This document shows positions 25,748-38,372 of a DNA stretch of 64,000 nt, piece by piece. The notes under the pieces were generated by a model. It did not search any database, was not told the DNA's origin, and was given only the letters and a program-made list of their open reading frames with translations. The translations under genes were made by a program, and so were the position numbers. This DNA comes from Antedon mediterranea (taxonomy: Eukaryota; Animalia; Echinodermata): assembly GCF_964355755.1 (NCBI RefSeq), contig NC_092675.1:14976912-15040911 (forward strand), read 5' to 3'. The stretch's first letter is position 1. Each line of letters begins with the position of its first letter.

Positions 25748-27383
25748 AGCCTGGTTTCCAGTCGACGTAAGAAATTAGAATTTCTTACGATTACGTCGTT
25801 TTTACATTGGAAATTGAAAATTGACAGGAAACCGGTTGAAAAAAGCTAAATGTCAAAACGACGTAACGCAAGTAGAAATCGCCGTAGTACAAGTGTTTGA
25901 CAGGAAACCGGTGACTGAAGCTTCTGTCTGTTACGTCGATGTTCGACAGGAAACCGGTGAATTTCTGGATGAACATGCCTTACGATGCGATTTTATACCC
26001 TTCCGCTTACGCTTATGAAAGTTGACTTCAAGTCAACTTTCGTAAGCGTAAGCCCAAGGATCGTAAGAACCAGCCAATCAGTGACGAGGATTATGTGACG
26101 TTGGCAAGAAGGTCAAAGCTTGGAAAGGTGAAATAAAGTAGAAAGTACCGTATATAAGAATATTGTTGACAATAAATGATACGTAAATAAACCTGAACCA
26201 CGATGTTGTTCAATTCGTGATAGAATGTAATAATTTAGGTGGATGAAATACACAAAATTGTCTTGCTTGTTACTTATTATAATTATATAAATATAGTAAA
26301 AATACAATATAATGAGTAAAATAATACATACAGACGGACTAAATTAAAAACGTTATGGCAATAAAATGTCATAAAATGTTAGAGAACAGTGTCATCATCA
26401 GGATAACAATACGTTCACCTGGCATATAGTTTGCATTCAAAAGCAGGTGGGGAAAAATTACGTAATGATTTTGTTTTAATTGTAGGATGAAGGTAGGTTG
26501 GGTAATAAATTAATAATATATATTTATTAAATTCACCGTAGTGTTTGCTTGAATCTAAATACAATTTATAGGCCTATGATAATTTGATGATGAAAATAAA
26601 TAATTATGAGCCTACATCATTTGAATTATCTATTTATAAAAAAAGGAAATGAAAACCGGGTAAAAAAAAACCAATAGATAAACTGTATGTAAATAACATC
26701 GTAGGCAAGTCATGATATTCAACGTTCATCAAATAAAGATCATCATCATCAGGAATAAAAAATAATTCGAAAAGCAGACAATTATAACAACAGTCTAATC
26801 ATAAACAATAAGCCATACAGGGTGGTACAAAGAAAATCAAAACAAAAGGCGGCAGACACAAAAGTAAAACTCCGATAAACAAGCTCTCCCGGGTGGGTAA
26901 AATCATGGGATTGTTTAAGCCACTCATAAAATAATTCTCAGAATAAAAAGATTAAATTTGTCGGCGACTATCATAAGAAGAACTGATAAACATTTTAATT
27001 AATAACTAATTAAGATTATGTAAACAAATACGTCATAGCCTCACTGCACTGTTTATGTTTTGGAAAATGGCCTCCTCTCTTTTCGCGCTGAATTTATGAG
27101 CCAATCAGAAATCATTTCTTGTTATCACGTCATATGTGTTGTAATCGCAAGGAAAAATTTCAACTCGACGTAAGGGCAAGAAGGACAGACTTTGCAATAA
27201 ATTCAACTTTCGTAACGACGGAATCAGCACATGTAATAATCTAAATTTTTACGGTCCAACGCGATTATGACAATTTTGTGTTGACGTTAGTTTTTGGTCA
27301 ACTGATCGGAACGCAAGCGTAATCGTAAGAAAACGACGCAATCGTAAGTGGAAACAAGTCTTACGTCGACTGGAAACCAGGCT
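25748..27383. mobile_element. PIF/Harbinger-type non-autonomous element
   Basis: TIR AGCCTGGTTTCCAGTCGACGTAAG at both ends; TAA TSD at 25745-47 and 27384-86. Confidence 0.85.
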
Positions 27384-27992
27384 TAAGTAAAGTCTGTGCG
27401 AAATCGGCAAACGTAAACTGAATCTCCAAATGATTTTACACAATTATGATGAATTTTTATAGAAAATTGACTTTATAAATGAGAAGAACGACTAAAATTA
27501 CATCAATTAGTATCATTTTACAAAAGTAATTGATATGGTTAATGATAACGAGTCGTTGGAAGATTAACCATTTCACGAATTTCCTATTCTGTAACCACAG
27601 TGTGATTTTGCCGTAGCTGCACTTGTAATCTGGCCTCATTTCACAGCCTTCGTTCTGCTTCACTGGGCACTTATATAAATTGAAACTTCTACCGTTCATT
27701 TTAAACCCGGAACCCCCCTTTAATCAATGAAGAAACGACCACGATTAGCAGGCCAACAGCATACCTGTACAGCGAGATAGCTAAGCATCAAACTATCAGG
27801 TTTTCAATTGAACTGTACCACTGCACAGTGCACCATCTTATATTGATTTTAAGGTTCGGGAATCAAAAATATAGTAATATAGTACTTTACATTCAGGTTG
27901 AATTGAATTGAAATATAACATTAATAGACATACTGTATTCTTTATATTTCAGTGTCTATTTTGCTTTAATTTTAAAAGCAAGCAATTTTAAA

Positions 27993-28663
27993 GGGTGTCT
28001 AGAAAACTCAGATCTAGAAAACTCAGATATCAATATCTGAGTTTTCTAGTTCTAAAATGAACTAGAAAACCCAGATCATCAAATGGATTGTTCCATTATT
28101 ATAGCATATTTGAAATACTACACAGTATTATACGTTTCTTACTAATAATAATAATTATTGTAACTTGTAGTAGCAGCCTACGACTCAAATCATAAAGAGA
28201 TACAGTATACACCTTTTAAAATGTAGGCTAAGCAAACTCAATTAAAGTCTCAACGTGTGGGCGCTATCTTGATGTATCGCGAAGAGTAGGCCTGGTCTTA
28301 CAGTACTAGACTAGAAGTGGTCAACTCGTACCCAAAATAACTCGTACTTATTCCCAACTTGGCTAACTCGTACCTCAACCAACTCGTACCCACACCAACT
28401 CGTACATGCCTAATTTTTAAGCCTATATTTTAACGTAACATGCACTGTATTTTCTTTATGATTTATGATAATATTAGTAAGAAAAATACGTACACAGTAA
28501 TCCGTTTTAATAATACTTTAGTATTTCAATTGACCTACCCGCTGATTAATAATGGAAGGATCCAAATGACCTACCAACCAATCAAATGATGGTCTGAGTT
28601 TTCTAGTTCCATTTTGGAACTAGAAAACTCAGATATATTTGAGATCTGAGTTTCTAGACGCCC
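27993..28663. mobile_element. MULE-type MITE
   Basis: TIR GGG(T/C)GTCTAGAAA(A)CTCAGATCT with internal subrepeats; 9-bp TSD AATTTTAAA at 27984-92 and 28664-72; carries a CAACTCGTAC repeat fragment at ~28320-28405. Confidence 0.85.
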
Positions 28664-28674
28664 AATTTTAAATA

Positions 28675-28900
28675 CTCATCTGATGTTTCATCATGGAGTT
28701 TTCTACGTTGCTGAAATTTGTATCTTTCAAGTTTCAGCTACAACGTTTAACCTTGGGGTAAAATGTGCCCCCAATTTCGCAACAGTTGCATCATATGAAT
28801 TAACATCATCATTTTGATCAATTTCTCTTTCTGGTGAAGAGCTGTAAATACGTTGACCCTTAGTACCAAGCGGGTGATAATTTAATTAGAAGCCTAGCTC
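28675..28900 (-). mobile_element. Gypsy gag relic
   Basis: Minus translation LGTKGQRIY..SYDATVAKLGAHFTPRLNVVAE resembles Gypsy gag. Confidence 0.45.
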
Positions 28901-29219
28901 TCTTGGTCAGACGTTATATCGGCCTAAAAGTGGGACGAATCCTGCCGATACAATACGTGTCATTAATTAAAACTCCAATGATGGAATCGATCGTTATGGT
29001 TGGCTGGCCGGCCCGACATGGTATTTGTAGATCCAGCCATTGCGGTACACAACGGAGAAGGTTGCATAGTTGATACATGAGTTAACAACTCGCAAAATAT
29101 GGCCCATCAAGAAACATTAGTGTTCCAAATGATTCAGTTGTTTCGATGGAGATAGGTAAAACTACGCAACCAATTTAGTATCATTAATATATAGATTGAC
29201 ATTAATTGGATTCAAGTAA

Positions 29220-32200
29220 GGCCCAAAAAAATAAATAAATGGTCTCTGGTCTGCGCGCGCGTCGATTTAGACCTTGCGCGTCAACGTTTTTTTTTTCATA
29301 CAACAGCGCCACCTATCGATGAAATTTTCTAAACTTTTATCATTCGTTCGCGCAACAACTGTCTATCGTCCCGGCGGCGGGGACCGGACGAGCCTGGACT
29401 TGATTATTGGGAGAGGGTCGGCTAATGCTGCATGCATGCGCTGCTAGGATTAGGAACGCGGTGACATGATGACGCGCCGGTCGGTGAGAGTATGTGACAG
29501 ACTGCTGGAGCAGCGTGTCGTAACAGTGCATGCTGTTTGTGAAATGGACATTGAAGTAGGCTAGGCCTACAGTATAGAAAAACAATAAAATGCCACTTAT
29601 TTCTGTTTCGATTGTCTGTGGCATTAAAATCATTAAACCTTTTGGTATCATATCATGTGATGGCACGGCAAGTTTGGGAAGTATTTACGAATCTGAAATA
29701 GCCAAATGTACTACTGATGACGATCTTGATTCTGCTAGGCCTAGGCCTACTACACCTAGATCGAAAGTCATCGCGATGGTCGGATCGTCAGCGGTCGGAT
29801 TTTTCCAAAGTATACCTCTCAATGTTAACGTTACCGATTGTCTTGAGTTTGGTAAATATTTTAAATTCGTTTTAGAAATTATCCAAGAAAATACGCCTGC
29901 TGTTGAGGCAACGAATGCGTTTGAACTTTTGATGAACAATGCAAAAGAAAAGTGCCTGCCCAGCTGCCGTGACACAACACGAAAAAATGCAAAGTTTGAG
30001 CTTTATAATTCTATAATTTCTTACGAGCCGGTGGCCTAGGATGGTCAAAAGCAAACATTAATATCGGAGAACATTTTGTTGGCGTCTTGTGTGATGTTTT
30101 GTGGATGCTTGATCCACATCGTCCTAAATGGAACAGCAACAATGTGCAATTCCTGCTATTTTTGATTTATATACTGGATACAATAATCCAGGGAAGCATA
30201 AGCATTTGATACAGAGACTCAGACATGATGAGTTAGAAACAAAGTCTCAACTGCTGTTTAACATTTTAGAACAGGTAAATAGGATAGGCCTAGCATATAC
30301 TTCATTAGTCATTCAGTATTGATTTACATACTACAAAAAACGAATTAGGGCCAGGGCCATGCCTAGTCGTTATGTGTGTGAGCCTAGGTCTACGTCCTAT
30401 TTCATGCATTGATGGCCTAGGCTAGGCTTATGATCCCAATTTACTCTGATTGTTTATGAAGTTTAAACCTAGTCTAGGCTATATATTTTTTTAATATGAC
30501 TCAAGAATGTATTAAATGGACAATAAAAAGAGAAAAAACTCTTGAAATAGCCAATCTTCTATGAACATTAGGCCACCACAAATGTAAAATAGCAACATCC
30601 TTTTTCCAATCAAGATACAGACCACAAAAAATATTCTAAATCTTTGTTTCTTAATATATTTATTTTTTAATAGCCGTGGTTGAAAATGAATCAATGGAGT
30701 GAGGTGTTTACTAATTTGAAATCTCTGACACTGGCAATGAACAAGTATGCTGAGTATTTGACAAAGAAGAGTGAAGAAAAAAGTTTGAATCAAAGTCTTT
30801 TAAAACCGGTATGTATACAGCACTGCACTATTAAACGTTTTACCATCTCTTTAAACAATTGAGTGAATCCATGAATTCAAGTGTAGATTTGGCCTGGAAT
30901 TCATGGATACAGCAGAATGTTTATGATAGTGAAACCTGGTAATTTTTCTGTAGTCAATAAAGAAAACAGTTCAAGGTGGTGTATTTAAAAACTAAAACTA
31001 ATTTATCAAAACTATAACAAAAAATTTAATTTCCTTGTAGGTTCGTTCTACTGAAGAATGTACAAGTATGGTAGTCCTGCCATCAAATACATCACAAGTA
31101 CCATTTGTAGTTCGGAAATTTCAGTCATTGCTCAACAAAATCAGGGATCTGCCTGGATTTGTTCCTGTTTTTGTTAATGATTTTTTATCACTTGATAGAA
31201 AGATGCGATATGAAGAATTGACACTTTTGAAAGAGCATGGGCTTTCATATCCCACTGTGTTGTTCACACATTCTCCAGGTGGAAATGTCGGCAATTTTCA
31301 TTTTATTTGGAAAATTTCTGAAATGTCCACATCTTGCTCTGATGATGTCATGTCAAAATCTGTGTGTGTGACACAATCACTCCAAAACCAATTGCCTAAG
31401 TTTCATACCAGGCAGATGCGTAGAGAGTTTGTTGATATGTTTGGAAAAATTGCTAAAGTCAAACCATATTATCTTCGGGAAATGTATAAGAGGCTCACGG
31501 GTGATTGGACATCTGCACATGATACAGATGCTGCTGCTTTAGACAAACGAGTTAAACAGTTTCTTCAGCTTGGTGATCCAGATATTGTAACTGACCTCAG
31601 GGAACACAATCCAGGTAGACCATCCAAGTATGAGCCCTTTTGGAATGAAGTTGAAAAATATATGGAGAATGTTGTAGAAACTGCAGTACAGGAGAGACGA
31701 CATGGAACTGTAACATACTTGGCAACAGCCATGTCTGTACCAAATTTACTTGAATGTGTTTCAAAGGTGTGTCCTCCAGAAGTACCCATACCATCACCTT
31801 CGCTTACAGTTCTGGCCAAAAAACCCAACATCAAAGGCATCACTGCAGTACACAGGACGCCTCAAAATTAAATTCATGATACAGCAAAGGCAATTGCGCA
31901 AAGAACATCAAGACACTCATTATGCATCTGCTATTTTTAGATATCAAAAGGAGATGGCTGTCAAGCTGCGAGAGCACTCAGAAATGCTGTGTGTTGACGA
32001 TAAACACAAAATAAAAGTGGGTGAGCCAGGACACCCAGTCGCTGCCGTTGAGAGGGGGAAGAAGGTTTTGATAGGCCTAAATCAGTCTTTCGAAGTGTCT
32101 GATCATGATTTTACAAAGCAAACTCTAACACCAAGTGTAGCCCTTCGACTTGACATCCCTGAGACTATAGAGGGAAGTTTTTACCAAGGTCAAGTCTACA

Positions 32201-33908
32201 CTGCCTTGAAGGATTCAGTATTTCAGTCTTCTTCGCCCTTACGCCACGCCACTGAGATTATGAGTATGCTCAAAGAAGGCGAAAAACCATTGAAGGAAGT
32301 GTTGTTTTTGTATTCAGATGGCGGTCCTGACCACAGAGTAAATTACCTCTCTGTACAACTATCACTCATTTCAGCATTTCTTGAAGGTGATTTTGATGCA
32401 GTCATTGCAGCACGAACTCCTCCAGGCCATTCTTGGAAAAATCCATGTGAGCGTATCATGTCAATTTTGAATTTAGCCTTGCAAGCTGTAGGAGTTATGC
32501 GCCAAAAACTTTCACCAGAGATGGAGGCTTTGCTTGCTAAATGCAATAGTGTTGCAGACATCCGTTCAGCTGCTACAACCCATCCAGCTCTCAAAGGTTC
32601 ACTGTCTGATGGCCTTCAAGACACCATCTGCCTAATATCATCATTGTTCAGGCAATTAAAGTTAAAGGGTGTTCCATTTAGATCATTTACACCTGTCACA
32701 ACAGATGATATGGATGGCCATCACAACCATGTCCTCAAAATCGATGCACAGTTGCCTCAAAATGCTACCATGAAGGACCTGAAAAAATCTGATAGTCTTA
32801 AAAACTTTTTTGAAAAGCACTGCCAACTAAGACACTACAGTTTTTGTGTTCTCAAATGTTCGGATCCTGAATGTGGTTTCCACAAACCCCCAAGGCTCAC
32901 AGAAAGTGTATTTAAAGACCTTCACTTTCTGCCTGATCCTATCATGGCAGCTGATGGAATACACTACAAGGGGTTTACAGAGATCTATGGAACTCCAACA
33001 ACTGAATGTTAAAAAAAAAAAAAAGAAAAAAAAAAAAAAAAAAAAAAAGACAGGCCATGGATTACCATTTAATCCATCGGCACAGACATCGGCACATGTG
33101 AAAAAAACTGTTTCTTGTCAAGAGTGCAGTAAGCCAAGAGTCATGCATGCAGCACGAAAGCTAAAAAAGGAGCAGCTAGATCAGTTGGAAGCAGCTCTAA
33201 GTCAACTAGACTACACTTGTGGAACAGATCTTGCAGACTTTGTGCCAGATAATTTAGAGCCTGAGGAAGAGTCCATTTTGAAGATAGTATTCATCAGGAA
33301 AGATTTGCAATGTGTTCAGCCAGTTGAGGTTACCTACTATTCTTCTGGGGTGTTTGCAGCAGTTTGCTGTCATTGTGCATCGGGAGATGATTTACTGACT
33401 GGACCCCAAGTTCAAAACATTTACCCAATATGTCACACTTGCAAAGCAATTCCCAATAAGCAGACCATTGTTAAAAGAAAAAGCAAGTTAGACAAACAAT
33501 AAATAGATTAACACACATCTGTATTCCAGTCACAATATAATGTATAAATTTACTAAATGAATCATTGCTGGTAGTTTTAATTTTCTATATATACTTAAAG
33601 TATGATCATACATCCCAGAAGATATCTTTATTATATAATGTTTACTTGTCAGTTTTAAATGAATGTATATTAAAGCATGTTTAAAATATATATGACTTTA
33701 AGTAAAGTAGTAGTTGAAGTTGAATCATTTAAAAATGCTCCACTACAGACAATTCGCCTCGCATATTGATTTTTAGCATACTAAATTAACTAAAAAGCCC
33801 TAAACCTTACCTTTTCTGTACCATCTGTAAAAAAAAAAAAAATAACCGCATCGCCGCATCATTTCTGAAAATCTGGGACCAGAGACCGGTTATTTATTTT
33901 TTTTTGCC
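29220..33908 (+). mobile_element. Zator DNA transposon, full length (4689 bp)
   Basis: TIRs GGC(C/A)(C/A)AAAAAAATAAATAA..GGTCTCTGGTC; TAA TSD at 29217-19 and 33909-11; transposase motifs DDKHK, DHDF, LTPSV, YSDGGPDH, PGHSWKNPCER. Confidence 0.9.
29590..33502 (+). pseudogene. Zator transposase, 3 exons (29590-30274, 30674-30808, 31041-33502), frameshifted
   Basis: GT-AG introns 30275-30673 and 30809-31040; frameshifts at ~30020-30130, ~31790 and at the poly-A tract 33011-33048; C-terminal Cys-rich CQECSKPR..YTCG..CCHC..PICHTC. Confidence 0.8.
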
Positions 33909-33971
33909 TAATAATATACTATATTATTTTTTAAAATGAAACCAAAAAAACAAACCATTTATGTTTTCTAG

Positions 33972-34069
33972 GCTCCTGAATTGTTTACTGCAACAAATGC
34001 ATGGGCAGCTATAAAGACAGCTGAGGAAAAATTGCTTGGACCATTTGGAATGAAAACACTTGACAAAAG
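33972..34069 (+). CDS. AGL: Glycogen debranching enzyme exon
   Basis: AG/GT bounded; [32 protein letters not shown]. Confidence 0.95.
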
Positions 34070-34142
34070 GTATTAATAATCCCTTTCATTACCCTGATCC
34101 CAATAATATTCAGGGAATATTTTATATAAATTATAATATACA

Positions 34143-34660
34143 AACTAGAATTTAATTCGTCACTTTGACGAATTATAGGTGATCATTTTTATAATTTTTT
34201 TTTTTTAAACATGCTTGTACTTTAACATACGATTAAAAAAAGTTGATGTACGCCATCCTATGACATGATGCATATACGCTTATAGTGCTGAGTTGATCCT
34301 ATATCCATATACAGTGTACTGTAGCATAGGTGAAATTATGGGACCCACATCATGTTCTAATTTTTGGGATGATGACGTTATCAAAATAACCTTGAAGATG
34401 ACAATTTCAAAAGATAATAAATTGAGCAAAAAAATATAAGGTTTGATAGAAAATTTGACATGTAGATGCGCAATGGCGCTCTTTAAAAAGAGATGAAAAA
34501 ACTTTTTAAATTCAACTGGCCATATCATAACGTCACAACATCCGATAGGGTTAATTTTTATCTAAATTTCATCAGCCAAGTAACAAACAAACATACATAA
34601 ATACAAACATACAAACAAAGTGAATACTATACTTGGCAAAATTCTTTTTTGCCAAGTAAT
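34143..34660 (-). mobile_element. Short, possibly chimeric HINE: Helentron 5' end joined to a different HINE body
   Basis: 34581-34660 equals the Helentron 5' palindrome plus microsatellite; 34143-34580 resembles the 17.4-18.8 kb element and ends in hairpin AATTCGTCACTTTGACGAATT. Confidence 0.5.
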
Positions 34661-35665
34661 GAAAGCACTCAGAAACTGAGTGAAGTACTTGGCAAAATAT
34701 ATCCACTGACTCGGAGCATGTTGAAAGATACATTTTTTTGCTTTAGGTATTAGCTTTCCATGGTTAAAATATTGCTGGGGTTAATAATTGGTTTAAATAA
34801 TGTTTTGATACAAACAATTCCGGCATTGCAACAATGACCTTTCTAAAATCAAGATTGATCAGAATAATGATCGAGGAGCGTCTTGAAGCTGTGCCAATTT
34901 GCGGCGCCTCTGTCTTAACCCATGTAGTAAGCTTAACCGCTTGACCAGTCGACTAATGTTTTGGTCCATATCAAAGAATAATTATGTCTATGTTAAAAGA
35001 AGACAGAATGCGTGCTATTTAATATATTGTACGGAAGATAAGCTTTTGTGACATGACCATATCAATTTTCCTGAAAATCAATAGGCATGTTCTGTAAGTA
35101 TAGAGCTATGTACAGAATGAAATAAGGAAGGACACACGCCGGTACTAACAAAACTAATTATCAACTAACAATAGTTTAATTTGAATAACAATAGAACAGC
35201 AACGCCAAAAACAAACTGGTGAATTTGAAAAGAAATAGGTTTTTTAAAACTACTCGTATGAAAAAGCCGGTACATTAAATCAACTTTTGTTTTAAAATTA
35301 CAAATCACAACTTATAACCCTTGCCTCTTGTCCAAAAATGAGGTTTTTTGGACTAGTAGTTCTCGAGAAAATGTAATTTCAGTTTACGTGTTACTTTGAG
35401 ACTGCTCACCGGCTTTTGAAAATTGTCTCCTATCTTTTAACACTAGCCGGTCTGAAAATAATGTCATTTTTTTTATTTGTGAAGTTATTAATACACCAAT
35501 TTTGTTGATTTTCAATAGGCATGGTCTGAAAGTATATACCTATCTACACCCAAAAATTCAGAACGATAACTTGAAAACTGTAGGCGCTATCATGCTAACA
35601 AACAAACATACATACATACAAACAAAGTGAATACTATACTTGGCAAAATTCTTTTTGCCAAGTAA
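34661..35665 (-). mobile_element. Non-autonomous ~1-kb derivative of the adjacent Helentron
   Basis: 35085-35650 is similar to 49442-49988 (5' end); 34661-34858 is similar to 35666-35848 (3' end with subTIR TTTTGCCAAGTA and hairpin CACTCAGTTTCTGAGTG). Confidence 0.8.
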
Positions 35666-37326
35666 TGAAAGCACTCAGAAACTGATTGAAGTACTTGGCA
35701 AAATATATCCACTGACTGTGAGCATGTTGAAAGATACATTTTTGTGCTTTAGCTATTAGCTTTACATGATCCAAATCCTGATAGGGTTGATAATTTGGTT
35801 AAGTAATTGTTAATACAAATAATGACCTTTCTGCAGATCTCAAGATTGAACTGGGAAAATGTGGACGTCTGAAGAGAATGATTACAATTAAATAATACTG
35901 CAAAAAAATGCAAATGTGACTTAATTTTTTAGAACTTAAATGTTTTATTATGATAAATTAAATAAATTATCACAATTATTAACAATAATAATAGATATAA
36001 TGAAGTAACTAAACATAATGAGAACAACATCAAAGAGTGACACAAAAGAAGCACTATCACACTATACCAGTGTATGCCATTCCTCCTGTGTCAACCCCGC
36101 CAATGTTCAGTCAACACTTTTATTGGTTTGGGTAGAGAGGCTATAAACCCAGGGGAGGGCTGAGCCTCCCTTTTGACCAAGACATAACAATATGAAGTGA
36201 TCGTAGAAGAATGAAATAGAAAGAAACAAGATATTAGAATAACAGCATGGGATGATAATATAAATGAAAACCGTAAGGTTAGGGCCCATGCCCGGTGCAG
36301 GTCCAAGATCTTTATATCTTGGCTCTGTGTGCATGTGAGATGCATCATACCCAAAACATTATAAAAAAGTAGACATTAATCAAACTCATGTTATTGTTAA
36401 AATAACAGCTTCATGGTCTGAATAGTATATATCTTCAACTTCAACTTTTGTGTCAGTGAAGCCATGTGGGAGTTTGTTGACATAGATGTGATCAATTAAA
36501 GTCCTTGAATCAGTTGTTGGTTCTTGTACCAGTTGTTTGAAACCATAACTTGTCATAAGGTTGGTCAAAGGGGTTGGTGGACTGTCCAAGATATTAACAT
36601 TGAAATCCCCAAGGATGACTGTTCAGAGGCAGCATCAAAAGCAGTGACTCCATAAGGATGAAGAAATTTGCTAGTAAAGTAGATGGGCTTCTATACAAAG
36701 TGCCTACCACCAGGCGGCCTGTGTCCTTATTCAGGAGCACAGTCTTCGACTCCAATCCTTGTACAGCAATCGATTCCAATTCAGTGGGATTAGTTTTTGA
36801 TTTGGCACAGATCATTACACCGTGCATTCTGGCATGTTGTGAAGTCTGCTATGCATCAGACCTGAATGCTCTGTATGAATGTTCATTGAGAAAATGATTG
36901 AAACTGTGATGGTCTTGAAGATATGTTTCACAGAAACAAAAAACATCTGTTTTCTTGAACAATTTCTTCTCGCTGTCTGTCTGCATATCCTTAATTTTTT
37001 CAATGAAATAATGTACGTTTAAGTGTCCAATGGTGATATTTGTTATTGTAACAGTCGTACATTCTGTTAAGTCTAACAGACGCATTTCCTGCATTTCTGT
37101 TGGTATTTTCTTGTTTGACTTAATTCCGACCTTATTAAAGTCTGTTATGATACAGATTATTAAGTGATTTTACTCTGCTAAAAGCAACATAAGCCTGTCC
37201 ATTGCCAAATCGCTTAGCTCCTTTCATGCTGACTACAATGTTATCTAGTGTTAATCCCTGACATTTGTGTATTGTAACTGCCCAAGCCAAAGTCAATGGA
37301 AACTGATAACGAGATACCTGAGCACC

Positions 37327-37494
37327 TAGTCTGGGCTCCAGACGGAGTTTTTTCTTAATATTAGTAAAAATATAAATATTTTTACACATATGGCGTTTCA
37401 TACGTGTATTACTTGAGTTCAGACAAAAATCGCAGTCGAAATAAAAACAAATAAATAAAAAAAAAAAAAACAATACAGACTTGGGGCAAGTCTA
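37327..37494. mobile_element. 168-bp TAG..CTA mini-element (Academ-like) in the Helentron helicase
   Basis: 9-bp TSD CTGAGCACC at 37318-26 and 37495-503; removal restores [13 protein letters not shown]. Confidence 0.8.
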
Positions 37495-38372
37495 CTGAGC
37501 ACCCTTTTTGCCATACTTTTTAAATTTTCGTTCTTGTCGATTAATTGGTACAGCCTGGGGATATTTGTTTTTCCATTTGCTAGAAGCTAATGTTGCTTTT
37601 CCAACTTCAGGGTGGTCAAATCTTACAAAGATCGCAGTGAATTTGCCTGTTGTATCTCTTTCAACCCCTGCAACTGTTCCAATAACACCGTTCACTAAAC
37701 CATCAGAAACATATTTTAGGTCAACATCACACGAGCACCTACAGCAAGTTCTAGAACTGTATGCAATCCACCAGTTTCACTACGTTTTTTCTGGCTTCCA
37801 GGATTTTGTAAATCAATCAGACCAGTTATGTCTTTCTTGTCATCAATAGCTGTAATGAGCATGCAATTGTGGCTGTCCGGTTCACGTTCCATTCATCAAC
37901 ATCCTTATTGCATGCAAACACATGGACGGCATCATGAGGATGACAGCTGTCAGCTACATCTATCACTCTTGTTTTCAACAAGACAATATCCTCTTCTGTA
38001 TGTTTACCAATTCTAATGCGACATAGCATTTCTGCAAACCCTTGATCATTTCTTTGTCTCATTATTTCGTCTAGTTCATGAAGTACAAATTCATCTTTCC
38101 ATAGGTTACCGTGAAGATTAGCTGTGATTTTTTACAGGATCGTAGATGTTTGACTGTAACACTGGAGGAAGTTGATACAGATCTCCAACAGCTAGAATGC
38201 TTACATTGCCAAACATATTTGAGTCTTCTTCACTGGTTCTTTTTATTTCACAAAGTCGTCTGTGTATATTTAACAACATATCCGAACCTATCATGGATAT
38301 CTCATCAATAATCAGCAGTTGCAATGTTTCTAGTTTAGATCTCAGAGTGTTTAATTTTTCACATGTAAGCGG

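Noticed and set aside
37327-37494. Spliceosomal intron in the Helentron helicase
   Set aside because: A perfect 9-bp duplication and TAG..CTA ends indicate an insertion, although GT and AG at its borders mean splicing cannot be strictly excluded.
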